A stretch of DNA of 64,000 nucleotides, taken from the NCBI GenBank assembly GCA_903850425.1, contig CAINLR010000056.1, positions 1,918 to 65,917 on the forward strand, written 5' to 3'. The notes beneath the pieces were generated by a model that saw only the letters and a list, made by a program, of their open reading frames with translations, was not told the origin of the DNA and did no database searches. A program made the translations under genes and the position numbers. Numbering within the stretch: position 1 is the first letter of the stretch; the number at the start of each line of letters is the position of its first letter. Shown here piece after piece: positions 1-9,289 of the stretch. The DNA is from an uncultured Verrucomicrobia subdivision 3 bacterium (GTDB lineage: Bacteria > Verrucomicrobiota > Verrucomicrobiia > Limisphaerales > UBA11358).

Positions 1-869
1 TTGCCTTCGGGAATTTTACACCATGGGCCGCCGTCAATTTCCACCGCGCCGAAAAATTCCTTCGCGGTCTGGTAAGCCCAGTCGCGGAAGCCGCCTTCGG
101 TGAATTTCATGATGTTGCCCTTGTGGACGATCGTGACGCTCTTGCGATTATTTTTGATGGCATAGGCCATGGCGCTGTGCATGAGGCGAACGGTGCCGCT
201 ATAACTGACGGCCTTGATGCCGACGCCGACTTTCACGTCGCTCGGAAAATTCGCCGTGCCAACCGCTTTCCAAAATTCTTCGGCGGCGGGCTGGGTGCCG
301 AAACGGATTTTCTTAAAGTCCTTTGGAAATTCCTTGGCGATGAAGTCCAAAACTTTTTGCGCCTCGGGCGAGCCGCCGGCGTATTCGATGCCCGCGTAAA
401 TGTCCTCGGTGTTCTCGCGGAAGATGGTCATGTCCACTTTCTCGGGATGCTTCACGGGCGAGGGGACGCCGGTGAACCATTGCACGGGCCGCAGGCAGAC
501 GTAAAGATCGAGCATCTGGCGCAGCGCGACGTTGAGCGAGCGGATGCCGCCGCCAACGGGCGTGGTGAGCGGGCCTTTGATGCCGACGAGAAATTCTTTG
601 AACGCGTCCACGGTGTCATCGGGCAGCCAGTTGTTAAACTTCTTGAAGCTTTCTTCGCCGGCGAACACTTCCATCCAGGATATTTTTCGCTGGCCGCCGT
701 AGGCCTTGGCCACCGCCGCGTCGAACACGCGCACGCTCGATGCCCAGATGTCCGGGCCGGTGCCGTCGCCGCGAATGAACGGCACGATGGGATTTTCCGG
801 GACGGTGAGTTTGCCGTTGGCAATCGAGATTTTGCCGCCAGCGGGAACAGTGCAGGTTGTATAGGCCAT
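1..869 (-). CDS. icd: NADP-dependent isocitrate dehydrogenase (N-terminal ~289 aa; C-terminus runs off the left edge)
   Basis: Own translation of the minus strand from ATG 869-867 gives [23 protein letters not shown]..., [48 protein letters not shown] and [19 protein letters not shown]. These are colinear with E. coli Icd motifs. It is absent from the ORF track because no stop codon lies in the window. Confidence 0.9.
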   Translation of the reverse strand, partial: MAYTTCTVPAGGKISIANGKLTVPENPIVPFIRGDGTGPDIWASSVRVFDAAVAKAYGGQRKISWMEVFAGEESFKKFNNWLPDDTVDAFKEFLVGIKGPLTTPVGGGIRSLNVALRQMLDLYVCLRPVQWFTGVPSPVKHPEKVDMTIFRENTEDIYAGIEYAGGSPEAQKVLDFIAKEFPKDFKKIRFGTQPAAEEFWKAVGTANFPSDVKVGVGIKAVSYSGTVRLMHSAMAYAIKNNRKSVTIVHKGNIMKFTEGGFRDWAYQTAKEFFGAVEIDGGPWCKIPEG

Positions 870-1168
870 GTTGGTATTTTGGTAATATATTTCCGCGCCC
901 AAGGAAAATGCGGAACGCACCGGAAATCAAGGAAAGAATTGTCCGGGTTTTTGGTTGACATCCCGGGGGCGGACTAATTTTTTCAATTCCTTGAAGCCGT
1001 CTCGCTCCGCCGGTCACTCGTTTGAGTTGGTCAATGTGCCCGAGGCGCACGTCAGGGTGAAATGGCGTGTGCCCGCAACGTCGCGCAGCTCGAACGCCTG
1101 TCGCAGCCCCTGGTTCGGTGCCGTCGCGGCCCGGACAGACGCCGAGCCCAGCATCGAAGGGACTGCTT

Positions 1169-2137
1169 TCAATTCGTCAGCTCCGAATGTTCCTTGGAGT
1201 ATTTTCTCCAAAGCTCATCGAGGCGCGACGCGAGTTCCTGCTGGTTGCCGACAATGAGCCAGTAACGGTAGCGATAGGTAGATTTCGGACCCAGGTTCAC
1301 CCAGTCAATCGGCGCGACGTGCATGCATGGACTGGCGGTGGGACTGTCGCTGGCGAGGGTGGTATGCGGACCGAAGTTCCAGGCCTGCGTGGCGGCGGGA
1401 CTGAACAGCGCGACGCCCTGGCCGGCGGCATTGAAGAGGGCCATGGCCTTGCGCGGCGGCTGGGTATGGCCCCAGGGCGGACCGGCGGGCTGGGTTTCCG
1501 CCCGCCACTGACCGTCGCCGAGATAGCTTCTAACCGTGTCGAAATTGCGCGTGAAGTAACACGCCGGAATTTCCTGGGGCGATCGTTTCGCCGGTCCCCA
1601 GCGGTCGTTCTCCTGGCGTTGAGCGATGAGTTCGCAGCGCACAACGATGACGTTCGGCATGTTCGTCTCAAAGGCGGTCCATTGGTGCATGAGCGCGGCA
1701 GCTTCCTCACTGGGCATGTCCCAGAGCTTCGGCACTGTCTCGGCATAGAGCGTTTGATCATCCAGCCGCTTGAATTCGTTCACGCGCGCCCACGAGGAAA
1801 CGCCGCCGCCTTGAATGGGATTCCACGACCAGGGACTCCATGCCTTGCTCTGGCCATCCGCCTGGCGATCAAGGCTACTCCCGGCGTAGTAGGACTGCTG
1901 GATCAGTCGTCCGGGGTCGGCGGAGTTGACCATGTTCTGCGGATAGCCAGTCCAGGAGAGCCAGGTGATGGCGGCTCCCTTGGCGCGATGAATGCCGACT
2001 TGGACGGTGCCATTGTCGAGCAGCATCAACTCTTCGGTGGTGGTCGGAACTTGCGCCTGCGTGCCCGCGGACATGGCGGCGCAAAGCGTCAAGGCGAGCA
2101 GGAGAATTGACTGTGGCAATGCTCTGAAATATTTCAT
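1169..2137 (-). CDS. secreted protein of unknown function
   Basis: 322-aa ORF with a signal-like N-terminus MKYFRALPQSILLLALTLCAAMSAGTQAQ. It is Trp-rich and no family is recognised. The overlapping + strand ORF 1067..2110 reads as Arg/Gly/Ala-rich antisense noise. Confidence 0.6.
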   Translation of the reverse strand: MKYFRALPQSILLLALTLCAAMSAGTQAQVPTTTEELMLLDNGTVQVGIHRAKGAAITWLSWTGYPQNMVNSADPGRLIQQSYYAGSSLDRQADGQSKAWSPWSWNPIQGGGVSSWARVNEFKRLDDQTLYAETVPKLWDMPSEEAAALMHQWTAFETNMPNVIVVRCELIAQRQENDRWGPAKRSPQEIPACYFTRNFDTVRSYLGDGQWRAETQPAGPPWGHTQPPRKAMALFNAAGQGVALFSPAATQAWNFGPHTTLASDSPTASPCMHVAPIDWVNLGPKSTYRYRYWLIVGNQQELASRLDELWRKYSKEHSELTN

Positions 2138-2437
2138 CGGGTATCATTAGCCCCGGGTTTCTGGCTGGGGAGGCAAAGCAAAATCGAAATAGCGTCGGCA
2201 GCGGCTTTGGCTCATCGGGAAAGCCGATAAAAGGACTAGTGCGTCTGCCCCGCGTGCTACCGGGAGGAATCCTGATGCTAATGTGAAACCCGGATCAGGC
2301 CCGACTTGACCGCGAACTGGATTGCGCGGCGATGAGGCCATGACCACTAGGTTGCGCCGACGAGCCGGGAGAATTTGGCGAGCATTTCTTCCTGACGGCC
2401 TGATGATGTTCAGCCCCGGGTTAAGGGCGTGCCGCCA

Positions 2438-3280
2438 TCATTGAAACATGGTGGTCCGGGACGACAGCCATTGCAGATCGCCAGCGTTTGAGGAGGATCT
2501 AACCGCACCGGCAGGAACTTTAAGCACGTTCGAGTCCCTCCATTTCTTAATCTCCGCATGACCATCAGCAAACGAAAGGCTACCCGCGTTGTTATGATAG
2601 CTGGCCGGATAGTCAACCCACTGCAGGGCGGTTGTTGGCAACCCGACATTGACGACGAACCAGCCGTCGTTGATGCTGTCGGGGTTTTCCTCAATGGTCA
2701 CCCAAGTCATTACCGGCGGGATGGTGGTCATGTCGGTTGTCTTCCGTAAGACTTTACCGCTCGTTTCGGTCCACTTATTGATGGGGTTAAACCAGCAATT
2801 CATGGACATGCTGCGAACGGTTGAGGCACCCAAATATGTCTTCCGGTCGGCTGGGCATTTGAAAACGCTGGTGGATTTGATTTGCGGGTAAATCAGTCCT
2901 TTTTCCAAGAGCAGCTTGTTCGTGGATGCCACGCCGTTACCGCTGTCCATACTGCCAGGACACCATTGCGCCCACTGGCCGCCGGGCTGGATCAACGGAG
3001 AATTGGGGTCGGTCACAAGGACATCCATGCCCCCCGTTGCGGCGATCTTTTCCTGATTGTCACCGGCATAGAGCGACCAGCCCAGCATCAGTTGTTTAAG
3101 GTTGTTCAGGCACATGATGCCCTGGGCTTTGGATTTGGCCTTGCTCAACGCGGGCAGCAGCATGGCGGCTAAAATAGCGATGATGGCAATCACCACCAGC
3201 AACTCAATCAGCGTGAACCCGGTGCGCGGTGCGCGCGGACAAGGGGAACTATCAACATTGGTGGACATTGGCATTTTCAT
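2438..3280 (-). CDS. prepilin-type N-terminal cleavage/methylation protein, H-X9-DG family
   Basis: Carries the prepilin motif [25 protein letters not shown] and the C-terminal H-X9-DG signature ([14 protein letters not shown]). From memory, this family occurs as large paralogous sets in Verrucomicrobia, Planctomycetes and Lentisphaerae. Confidence 0.85.
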   Translation of the reverse strand: MKMPMSTNVDSSPCPRAPRTGFTLIELLVVIAIIAILAAMLLPALSKAKSKAQGIMCLNNLKQLMLGWSLYAGDNQEKIAATGGMDVLVTDPNSPLIQPGGQWAQWCPGSMDSGNGVASTNKLLLEKGLIYPQIKSTSVFKCPADRKTYLGASTVRSMSMNCWFNPINKWTETSGKVLRKTTDMTTIPPVMTWVTIEENPDSINDGWFVVNVGLPTTALQWVDYPASYHNNAGSLSFADGHAEIKKWRDSNVLKVPAGAVRSSSNAGDLQWLSSRTTMFQ

Positions 3281-3965
3281 ATTTTTTTCGACAATTCGAT
3301 GGTTCGGGTGGTGGTTAGTTATGGGCGATGCTTACTCATACCACCAACTGGCCACCGGCGTCAACCACGACATTGTTACACGGAAGGACCTCCCCGGGTG
3401 AGCCGCGGGGCGCTCGGTTTTCAAGGCAGGCAGGAGGCGCATGATGATTCGTGAGATAATACAGACCGCCGCTCCAATGTCATGTCGCCGAAATATGCGA
3501 CAAGGCGCGCGACTCGGCAGACCCTGTGCCATGCGATCCACAGTGACAAACGCAGTCCGGCTGGAGACGACATTGAGGCGCCCATGGCAGCCCGCCGCCA
3601 CCCCACAAGACCTTGGGGTGATGGGCAATTAGAGATCGTCATAAGCAATGCATTTTAACCGTTGATCCAGACGAACGGCATCCCTTCGCGACCGCCCACC
3701 CCGACGGCCGCGTGAACCGACTCGGCGGACGGCTGGACCAGACTCTGGCGGCGGCTTCGGTGGTTGTCCCCCGCGCCCATCCCGCCTATAATCCAAGCAC
3801 CAAATCGTCCGAACCCAATTCCGCCAACGCAAAAAGAACCAAACCCGCCGCCAATTCAAAACCATGAGGACCTCGCTCATCAACTCGCGTTTGAGACTAT
3901 CAGCCCGCCGGATCGGAGCGAAGGCTGGAACCCGCTTCAACGGTCCATGCGGCATCACGCCAGAA

Positions 3966-5657
3966 ATGCCCGAGCCAGGATTAATTGGTGATTCGAGGCG
4001 GAGTAAACCCCGCGCCCCGGGCACGCCAATCATCGTTTACCCCGCTTTACGATGCTTGATTATCGGCCTGTTCGCGCTGGCCATGACCGCGGCGGCCGCC
4101 ACCGCGTCGCGACCCAATATCATTTTTATCATGAGCGATGACCACGCCGCACATGCGCTGTCATGCTACGGATCGAAGGTGAACCAGACGCCGCAAATGG
4201 ACCGGCTGGCGCAGGGCGGGATGCGGTTTCAAAATGCGTTCGTGCCGAACTCGATCTGCACGCCAAGCCGCGCTTCGATCCTCACTGGCCAGTATTCGCA
4301 TCTCAATGGCGTGCCCGTCTTCAACCGGTTCGATGGCACGCGACAAAACGTGGCCAAGCTGCTCCAGACGAATGGCTATACGACCGCCATGATTGGCAAA
4401 TGGCATCTCGGCGGCGAGCCGACCGGGTTCGATCAATGGGTGATTCTGCCCGGCCAGGGTATCTATCATGACCCCAGCTTTCTGACTCCAGGCGGACGCC
4501 TGACGATCACCGGCTATGTCAGCGATGTCATCACGGATTTGGGCATTGAGTTCCTCGAACAACGGCCCAAGGACAAACCGTTTTTCCTGATGCTGCATCA
4601 CAAAGCCCCGCACCGGAACTGGGATCCCGATCCCAAAAATCAGGCGTTGTTCAAGGACCGGGTCATTCCTGAACCACCCACGCTGTTCGACGATTACGCG
4701 ACCCGACCCGCAGCGTTGCCGGAGAACCAGCAAACGGTCGCGCGCGATCTGACTCGTCGCGATTTGAAACTGCCACCACCCGCCGAACTCACGCCTGCCG
4801 AGCGCCAGAACTGGCTGGGGGTAAAACCCATGTCGGTCGAAATCACCAAGCCGGACGGCACCCGCCAGACCCTCACTGGCAAACCGCTCGTGCAATGGAA
4901 ATACCAACGCTATATGCAGGATTACCTCGCTTGCGTGCAGGGCCTGGATGACAACATCGGACGATTGCTGGACTACCTGGACCGCACCGGCCTCGCCACG
5001 AACACCGTGGTCGTCTATACCAGCGACAACGGTTTCTATCTCGGCGACCTTGGTATGTTTGACAAGCGGTTCATGTATGAGCCGGGCCTGCGGGTGCCGT
5101 TGCTGGTGCGCTGGCCGGGCGTCATTCCCGCCGGGGCCACCTGCGACCGCTTTGCGCTCAACATAGATTTTGCACCGACGTTTCTTGAACTGGCCGGCGC
5201 GTCTGCGCCCGCTGATATGCAAGGCCGTTCGCTGGTCAGCCTGCTCAAGGGCGAGTCGCCCGCCGGCTGGCGTGAGGCGATGTATTATCGCTATTACCAC
5301 GATCCCGGCGATCACAACACGCGCTCGCAACTCGGCCTGCGCACCACCACGCACAAGCTGATTTATTTCTGGAAAAAAGACCTGTGGGAAATGTATGACC
5401 TCGTCGCCGATCCGCTGGAGCAAAAAAATCTGGCGGGCGATCCGGCGCACCAGCAGAAGTTTGAAGAACTGAAAGCGCAGCTCACCCAACTGAAAAAAGA
5501 ACTGAAGGACGACGATCAATTCGCCACGGAAACGCCCAAAGATGGCGTGGATGGAAACTTTCCCGATCACGGACAATTAGGCCGGCAAACCGCTGCGCAG
5601 GCGATCCGTCACGCGACGGCGAAACCCGTCGCCAGCTCTCCGCATTCCAATCCGTAA
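3966..5657 (+). CDS. sulfatase (formylglycine-dependent arylsulfatase family)
   Basis: Contains NIIFIMSDDH and the sulfatase signature SICTPSRASILTGQ, preceded by the hydrophobic signal-like LIIGLFALAMTAAAATA. The ORF opens at 3864. ATG 3966 or a later non-ATG start is more plausible, so the start is uncertain. Confidence 0.85.
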   Translation: MPEPGLIGDSRRSKPRAPGTPIIVYPALRCLIIGLFALAMTAAAATASRPNIIFIMSDDHAAHALSCYGSKVNQTPQMDRLAQGGMRFQNAFVPNSICTPSRASILTGQYSHLNGVPVFNRFDGTRQNVAKLLQTNGYTTAMIGKWHLGGEPTGFDQWVILPGQGIYHDPSFLTPGGRLTITGYVSDVITDLGIEFLEQRPKDKPFFLMLHHKAPHRNWDPDPKNQALFKDRVIPEPPTLFDDYATRPAALPENQQTVARDLTRRDLKLPPPAELTPAERQNWLGVKPMSVEITKPDGTRQTLTGKPLVQWKYQRYMQDYLACVQGLDDNIGRLLDYLDRTGLATNTVVVYTSDNGFYLGDLGMFDKRFMYEPGLRVPLLVRWPGVIPAGATCDRFALNIDFAPTFLELAGASAPADMQGRSLVSLLKGESPAGWREAMYYRYYHDPGDHNTRSQLGLRTTTHKLIYFWKKDLWEMYDLVADPLEQKNLAGDPAHQQKFEELKAQLTQLKKELKDDDQFATETPKDGVDGNFPDHGQLGRQTAAQAIRHATAKPVASSPHSNP

Positions 5658-5743
5658 GCCATGAAGGAGATACCATTCATGATTTAGCCAGTCACGCAAA
5701 CCGACTTCATGGGCAAGGAAGGAAGTCTATTCCCGCAAGCGGA

Positions 5744-6904
5744 CTACTGCACCTGCAAGAGGTAGAACTGGCGGGGATTTTTGGCGTCGAAGCCGTTGGT
5801 GGCCGTCAGCGCAAAGCTGCCGCTGGCGCCCAAAACCGTGGAGTAAAGCGTCTGCCACTGATTCCGTGGCAAAGCCAGATTAGTGCTCGTCAACACATAA
5901 TAAGTTCCGCCAACAAAACCGTTCGTTGCGTTCAACAGGACATTGGAACCCGCGTGGCTGACGCCGTTCAAACCGGGCGGTGGTCGCGTCAGGGGTCCAT
6001 TATACCAGCGCACTTTTTTCGCCGTCGCGGGCAATCCGCTCAAAACCGAAACGGCGCTGCCGCCGCCAAGGGGAATTTTCCACAACGTGCCCGCCCCGGC
6101 GTCCGACAGATAAATGAGGGAGTGGGCCAGATCCAAATCCAGCGCGGTGCAACGCTGGACGCTGCCGGCGGCGGCAGCAAAGCGGGTGAGCAAGCCAGCG
6201 CCGTTGTAATTCACGCGCTGAATCAAGTTGGAGTTTTGCACAGTGGAACCCAGTGTGAAATACACCTGCTGATTGGTCACGTCCAAGGCGAGGCCGGTGG
6301 GATAGGCGTTGGTCGCGGTCGCCAGGGCCGTCAACCCGGTGCCCGTGAGACTCAGGCTCCAGATTTTTTGCGCGCCCGCATCGGCAATGAATATTTTTGA
6401 GTTCAACGGATCCACGGCGAGGGCGGTGCAGCGCGCGACGCCGTTGCCGGGCGTGCCGGTGGCCGTCAACAGGATGACGTTGTTGCTGCCGGTGTAGTCC
6501 ATGCGCTGGACGGTATTGCTGCTCTGAAGGGTGGAGCTGGAAGTGTAATAAATTTTCTGGTTCAAAACGTCCAGCGCCAGATCGGTGGGAAAGCTGGTAA
6601 GATTCGTTTTGACCAGGGTCAGCCCCGTGCCGTTAAGATTGACGCTCCACAGCGCATTTGCCGGTCCATCCAGCAGAAACAACTTGCCGCTCAAGCCATC
6701 CACCGCCACGGCAGTGCAACGCGAGACGGCACCACTGGCGGTGAACAGCGCGGTATTACCTGTGCCGTTGGTCGCGACGCTGGACACGCTATTCAAGGAC
6801 TGAAGCGTGCTGCTCCCGTTATAATAGACCGGCTGCGCCTGCAGTTGCCCGCCGGCCAACCCACTCACCACCAGCAGCCCCAGCGTTAGAATCAGTTTGC
6901 TCAT
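5744..6904 (-). CDS. secreted beta-propeller repeat protein with C-terminal FYLL/FFRL-type domain
   Basis: Signal peptide MSKLILTLGLLVVSGLAGGQLQA. There are three ~95-aa internal repeats (VYYNGSSTLQS.., IYYTSSSTLQS.., VYFTLGSTVQN..), each with an RCTA-x-A-x-D motif and a LALDV motif, suggesting a 6-bladed YWTD/NHL-like propeller. The last ~70 aa form a separate domain ending RQFYLLQVQ. Confidence 0.75.
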   Translation of the reverse strand: MSKLILTLGLLVVSGLAGGQLQAQPVYYNGSSTLQSLNSVSSVATNGTGNTALFTASGAVSRCTAVAVDGLSGKLFLLDGPANALWSVNLNGTGLTLVKTNLTSFPTDLALDVLNQKIYYTSSSTLQSSNTVQRMDYTGSNNVILLTATGTPGNGVARCTALAVDPLNSKIFIADAGAQKIWSLSLTGTGLTALATATNAYPTGLALDVTNQQVYFTLGSTVQNSNLIQRVNYNGAGLLTRFAAAAGSVQRCTALDLDLAHSLIYLSDAGAGTLWKIPLGGGSAVSVLSGLPATAKKVRWYNGPLTRPPPGLNGVSHAGSNVLLNATNGFVGGTYYVLTSTNLALPRNQWQTLYSTVLGASGSFALTATNGFDAKNPRQFYLLQVQ

Positions 6905-6958
6905 CGAAATAATAAGTTGCCAAAATCCACGACCGCGCCGAACGCGCCAACCGCCCGG

Positions 6959-7483
6959 TCAATTCCGCGAGGGGAAGATGCCTTGCACCGCGATGATATA
7001 ATTCAAGGTCAAGTAAGGCTGAACGACGGAAACAGGCGAGTTCGCACCGGCCGGCGCAATCATGCCGGCAGCCATTTGACCACTGGCGGCGGCGGCGGAG
7101 TAATCCAGCGAAGTGCCCGTGGATTCAATCGCTGGCAAATTGCCGACCGGACTGCCGGCATTGCCGCCGCTGCCGACACAATTCACCAGATGCGTATGGC
7201 TGGGCAGTTGGCTCGAAAGCAACGTGACCGTTTCCGAACCCGCCTGTTGGCCAAGCTGATAGTTGGAGGTGCCAGGGCCTTGACCCGCATGAATCGGCAC
7301 GCGACCCCGCAAGTCCGGCAAGGCGAAGGTGGTCGTCCCATTGCCGCCATAGGTGGTGCCTAAGATGGAAAATAGCGCGGTGTTTTGGGCAATAGGCAGC
7401 AACTGGCCGTTGCAGAACAGCCAATTGCGCGGCGCAAAATTACCCGCGAACAACGTGATTTCACCGATGAATGGAGTGGCCAT
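6959..7483 (-). CDS. phage tail collar domain protein (MdpB / microcystin-dependent protein family)
   Basis: The 174-aa product begins MATPFIGEITLFAGNFAPRNWLFCNGQLLPIAQNTALFSILGTTYGGNGTTTFALPDLRGR, which is the tail-collar domain signature. Confidence 0.85.
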   Translation of the reverse strand: MATPFIGEITLFAGNFAPRNWLFCNGQLLPIAQNTALFSILGTTYGGNGTTTFALPDLRGRVPIHAGQGPGTSNYQLGQQAGSETVTLLSSQLPSHTHLVNCVGSGGNAGSPVGNLPAIESTGTSLDYSAAAASGQMAAGMIAPAGANSPVSVVQPYLTLNYIIAVQGIFPSRN

Positions 7484-7516
7484 AGAAGTTGGTATTTTGT
7501 GAATTGCCGGCTGTGA

Positions 7517-7990
7517 CTAGGTTGAGCTTGGGAAATTGGGGGCGGCGGTTGGCGGACGATTGAATCCCGCCTGATAGCGAACGCCATCCACCTCCGCGGT
7601 TCCAATCGGCCCGATATGCATCTCAAACCGCCCCAGTTGGGCGTGTTCAAATGGATGAATACCACACGCAAGCGGCACGTCTGTTCGCCCACGGAGGATG
7701 AGGGAAAATTTCTCATGGTCGGCATCCCCGGGCAAACGGCGGCCCGGCACGATGGGCGTGGTTGGAGCCAGCGGAGCTTTGAGCAACGTGAGTTCCACGA
7801 AGTTCCCGGGAGCAACGCAAACGCGGAATGCAGTGTTGATCTGGCTGGCGAAATCGGCGTAGCTGATTTGCGCGAGCGAACGAAGGGGGCGGCCGGGGGC
7901 GGCCGGCCGTGCGAATGCACTCACCGGCACCACCGCGAGGGCCGCCATGGCAACGGAACAATCAAGGATAAATTGGCGGCGCGATTTCAT
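7517..7990 (-). CDS. Tat-signal small secreted protein of unknown function
   Basis: A twin-arginine signal MKSRRQFILDCSVAMAALAVVPVSAFA starts at ATG 7990. The ORF-track start at 8152 would bury this signal. There is a 33-nt gap to the tail-collar gene on the same strand. The pattern EKFSLILRG...FEMHIGPIG...VRYQAGFN resembles a DUF I cannot name with certainty. Confidence 0.65.
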   Translation of the reverse strand: MKSRRQFILDCSVAMAALAVVPVSAFARPAAPGRPLRSLAQISYADFASQINTAFRVCVAPGNFVELTLLKAPLAPTTPIVPGRRLPGDADHEKFSLILRGRTDVPLACGIHPFEHAQLGRFEMHIGPIGTAEVDGVRYQAGFNRPPTAAPNFPSST

Positions 7991-8140
7991 TTGCCTCACC
8001 GGACTCAAACCGGAACAGTTAACGCCGTTTATGTTAACTATAATGTGCCCAGAGTCAAAACAATTTCCGGCCGATGTGCTCGGCCGGTGCGGTGCCGAAC
8101 CGTGATGGATGATTTCACCGGCGATTACGCTTGTCGGCAA

Positions 8141-9289
8141 ATGTCTTTTCACCTAGAAACACGGGCGCGGGTCGCCGGGCAATTCCGCCCGTTGCGAACG
8201 TCACCAATCACTTTGAACGCCATTACTGTCCGCGACGAACAACCCCAGGATGAAGCGTTTTTGTTCGAGCTGTTTAGCAGCACACGACAGGCAGAACTGG
8301 ATGCCTGGGGCTGGCCGCCCGAACTGCGGAGCAACTGGCTGCAACTGCAGTTTCGCGCCAGCCAGGGCCATCACACCACATTTCCCCACGCGGAATTTCA
8401 AATCGTCCTGCTCGACGGCGTGAAAGCCGGCCGGCTCATCCTCCAGCGCACCCCGGCGGAATTGCAACTCGTGGACCTGGCGCTGCTGCCTCAGCATCGC
8501 AACGCTGGCATCGGCGCGGCCTTGTTGCAGAGAATTTTCGGCGAGGCGGCGGCCACAAAAAAACCACTGCGGCTGCAGGTATTCAAGACCAACCGCGCCG
8601 TCCGGTTTTATCAACGACTCGGCTTTGTGCCAACCGGCGAGACCGAGCTCCACTTTGAAATGGAATGGCGCGCACCCGTCGCGCCCATCCTCGAGCCGGT
8701 CATGCCGGACGCGGTGAAGACGCCTTGGCAATTCGACGTCGCGCGGCTGCAGGCCGATTTGTCGCGCATGGTGGCAGATGAATTTTTGCCGCACTTCAAC
8801 ACGGCGAATTACCAGGGCGATTGGAGCGCGGTCCCGCTGCGCGCCATCGGTGGGCGCACCGACCATATTTACCCCGACCCCGCCGCGAAAAATAAATTCG
8901 CCGACACTCCCCTGCTCGCCCGCTGTGATTACATTCGCGAAGTGCTCGCGACCCTCCAGTGCCCGCTGCAAGCCGTTCGCTTCCTACGGCTCAAAGCGGG
9001 CTCCCTCATCAAGGAGCATCGCGATCATGAACTCGGTTTCGAGGACGGTGAAGTGCGCTTGCACATACCGGTCCGCACGAATCCCGAGGTGGAGTTTGTG
9101 CTGAACCAGATTCGCGTCATCATGAACGAAGGCGACTGCTGGTATCTGAACGTCAACCAGCCGCATCGGGTTGCCAATCGCGGTGCCACGGACCGCATTC
9201 ACCTCGTCATTGATTGCGTCGTGAATGAATGGCTGCGCAACGTGCTGCTGACGGCGGCGGTGGAAGCGAAAAAAACCGCCGGTGGCTAG
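8141..9289 (+). CDS. GNAT acetyltransferase fused to aspartyl/asparaginyl beta-hydroxylase-type cupin
   Basis: The N-terminal half has the GNAT acetyl-CoA motif (LLPQHRNAGIGAALLQ ... RFYQRLGF). The C-terminal half has the AspH/LpxO-type pattern (KEHRDHE ... VRLHIPV ... GDCWYLNVNQPHRVANRG ... RIHLVIDC). The track ORF starts at 7616, but that part overlaps the opposite-strand gene. ATG 8141 is taken as the start and is uncertain. Confidence 0.8.
   Translation: MSFHLETRARVAGQFRPLRTSPITLNAITVRDEQPQDEAFLFELFSSTRQAELDAWGWPPELRSNWLQLQFRASQGHHTTFPHAEFQIVLLDGVKAGRLILQRTPAELQLVDLALLPQHRNAGIGAALLQRIFGEAAATKKPLRLQVFKTNRAVRFYQRLGFVPTGETELHFEMEWRAPVAPILEPVMPDAVKTPWQFDVARLQADLSRMVADEFLPHFNTANYQGDWSAVPLRAIGGRTDHIYPDPAAKNKFADTPLLARCDYIREVLATLQCPLQAVRFLRLKAGSLIKEHRDHELGFEDGEVRLHIPVRTNPEVEFVLNQIRVIMNEGDCWYLNVNQPHRVANRGATDRIHLVIDCVVNEWLRNVLLTAAVEAKKTAGG

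Noticed and set aside
123-977. 284-aa + strand ORF (and nested ORFs 214..399, 452..961, 634..1050)
   Set aside because: It is antisense to a clearly recognisable icd reading frame. Its Arg/Gly/Ala/His-rich composition is typical of shadow ORFs in high-GC DNA.
3864-3965. Upstream 34 codons of the sulfatase ORF
   Set aside because: The Arg-rich, non-signal-like sequence precedes a much better signal-peptide region. They are kept only as a possible alternative start.
4161-5576. 471-aa minus-strand ORF
   Set aside because: It lies entirely inside and antisense to the sulfatase gene, which has diagnostic motifs. It has no motifs of its own.
6959-7483. Tail-collar gene considered as evidence of a prophage
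   Set aside because: There are no capsid, terminase, tail-tube, baseplate or lysis genes nearby. Standalone MdpB-like collar proteins are common in bacterial chromosomes.
7616-8140. N-terminal 175-aa extension of the GNAT-hydroxylase ORF
   Set aside because: It overlaps the Tat-signal gene on the opposite strand and has no GNAT similarity. The GNAT domain only starts after ATG 8141.
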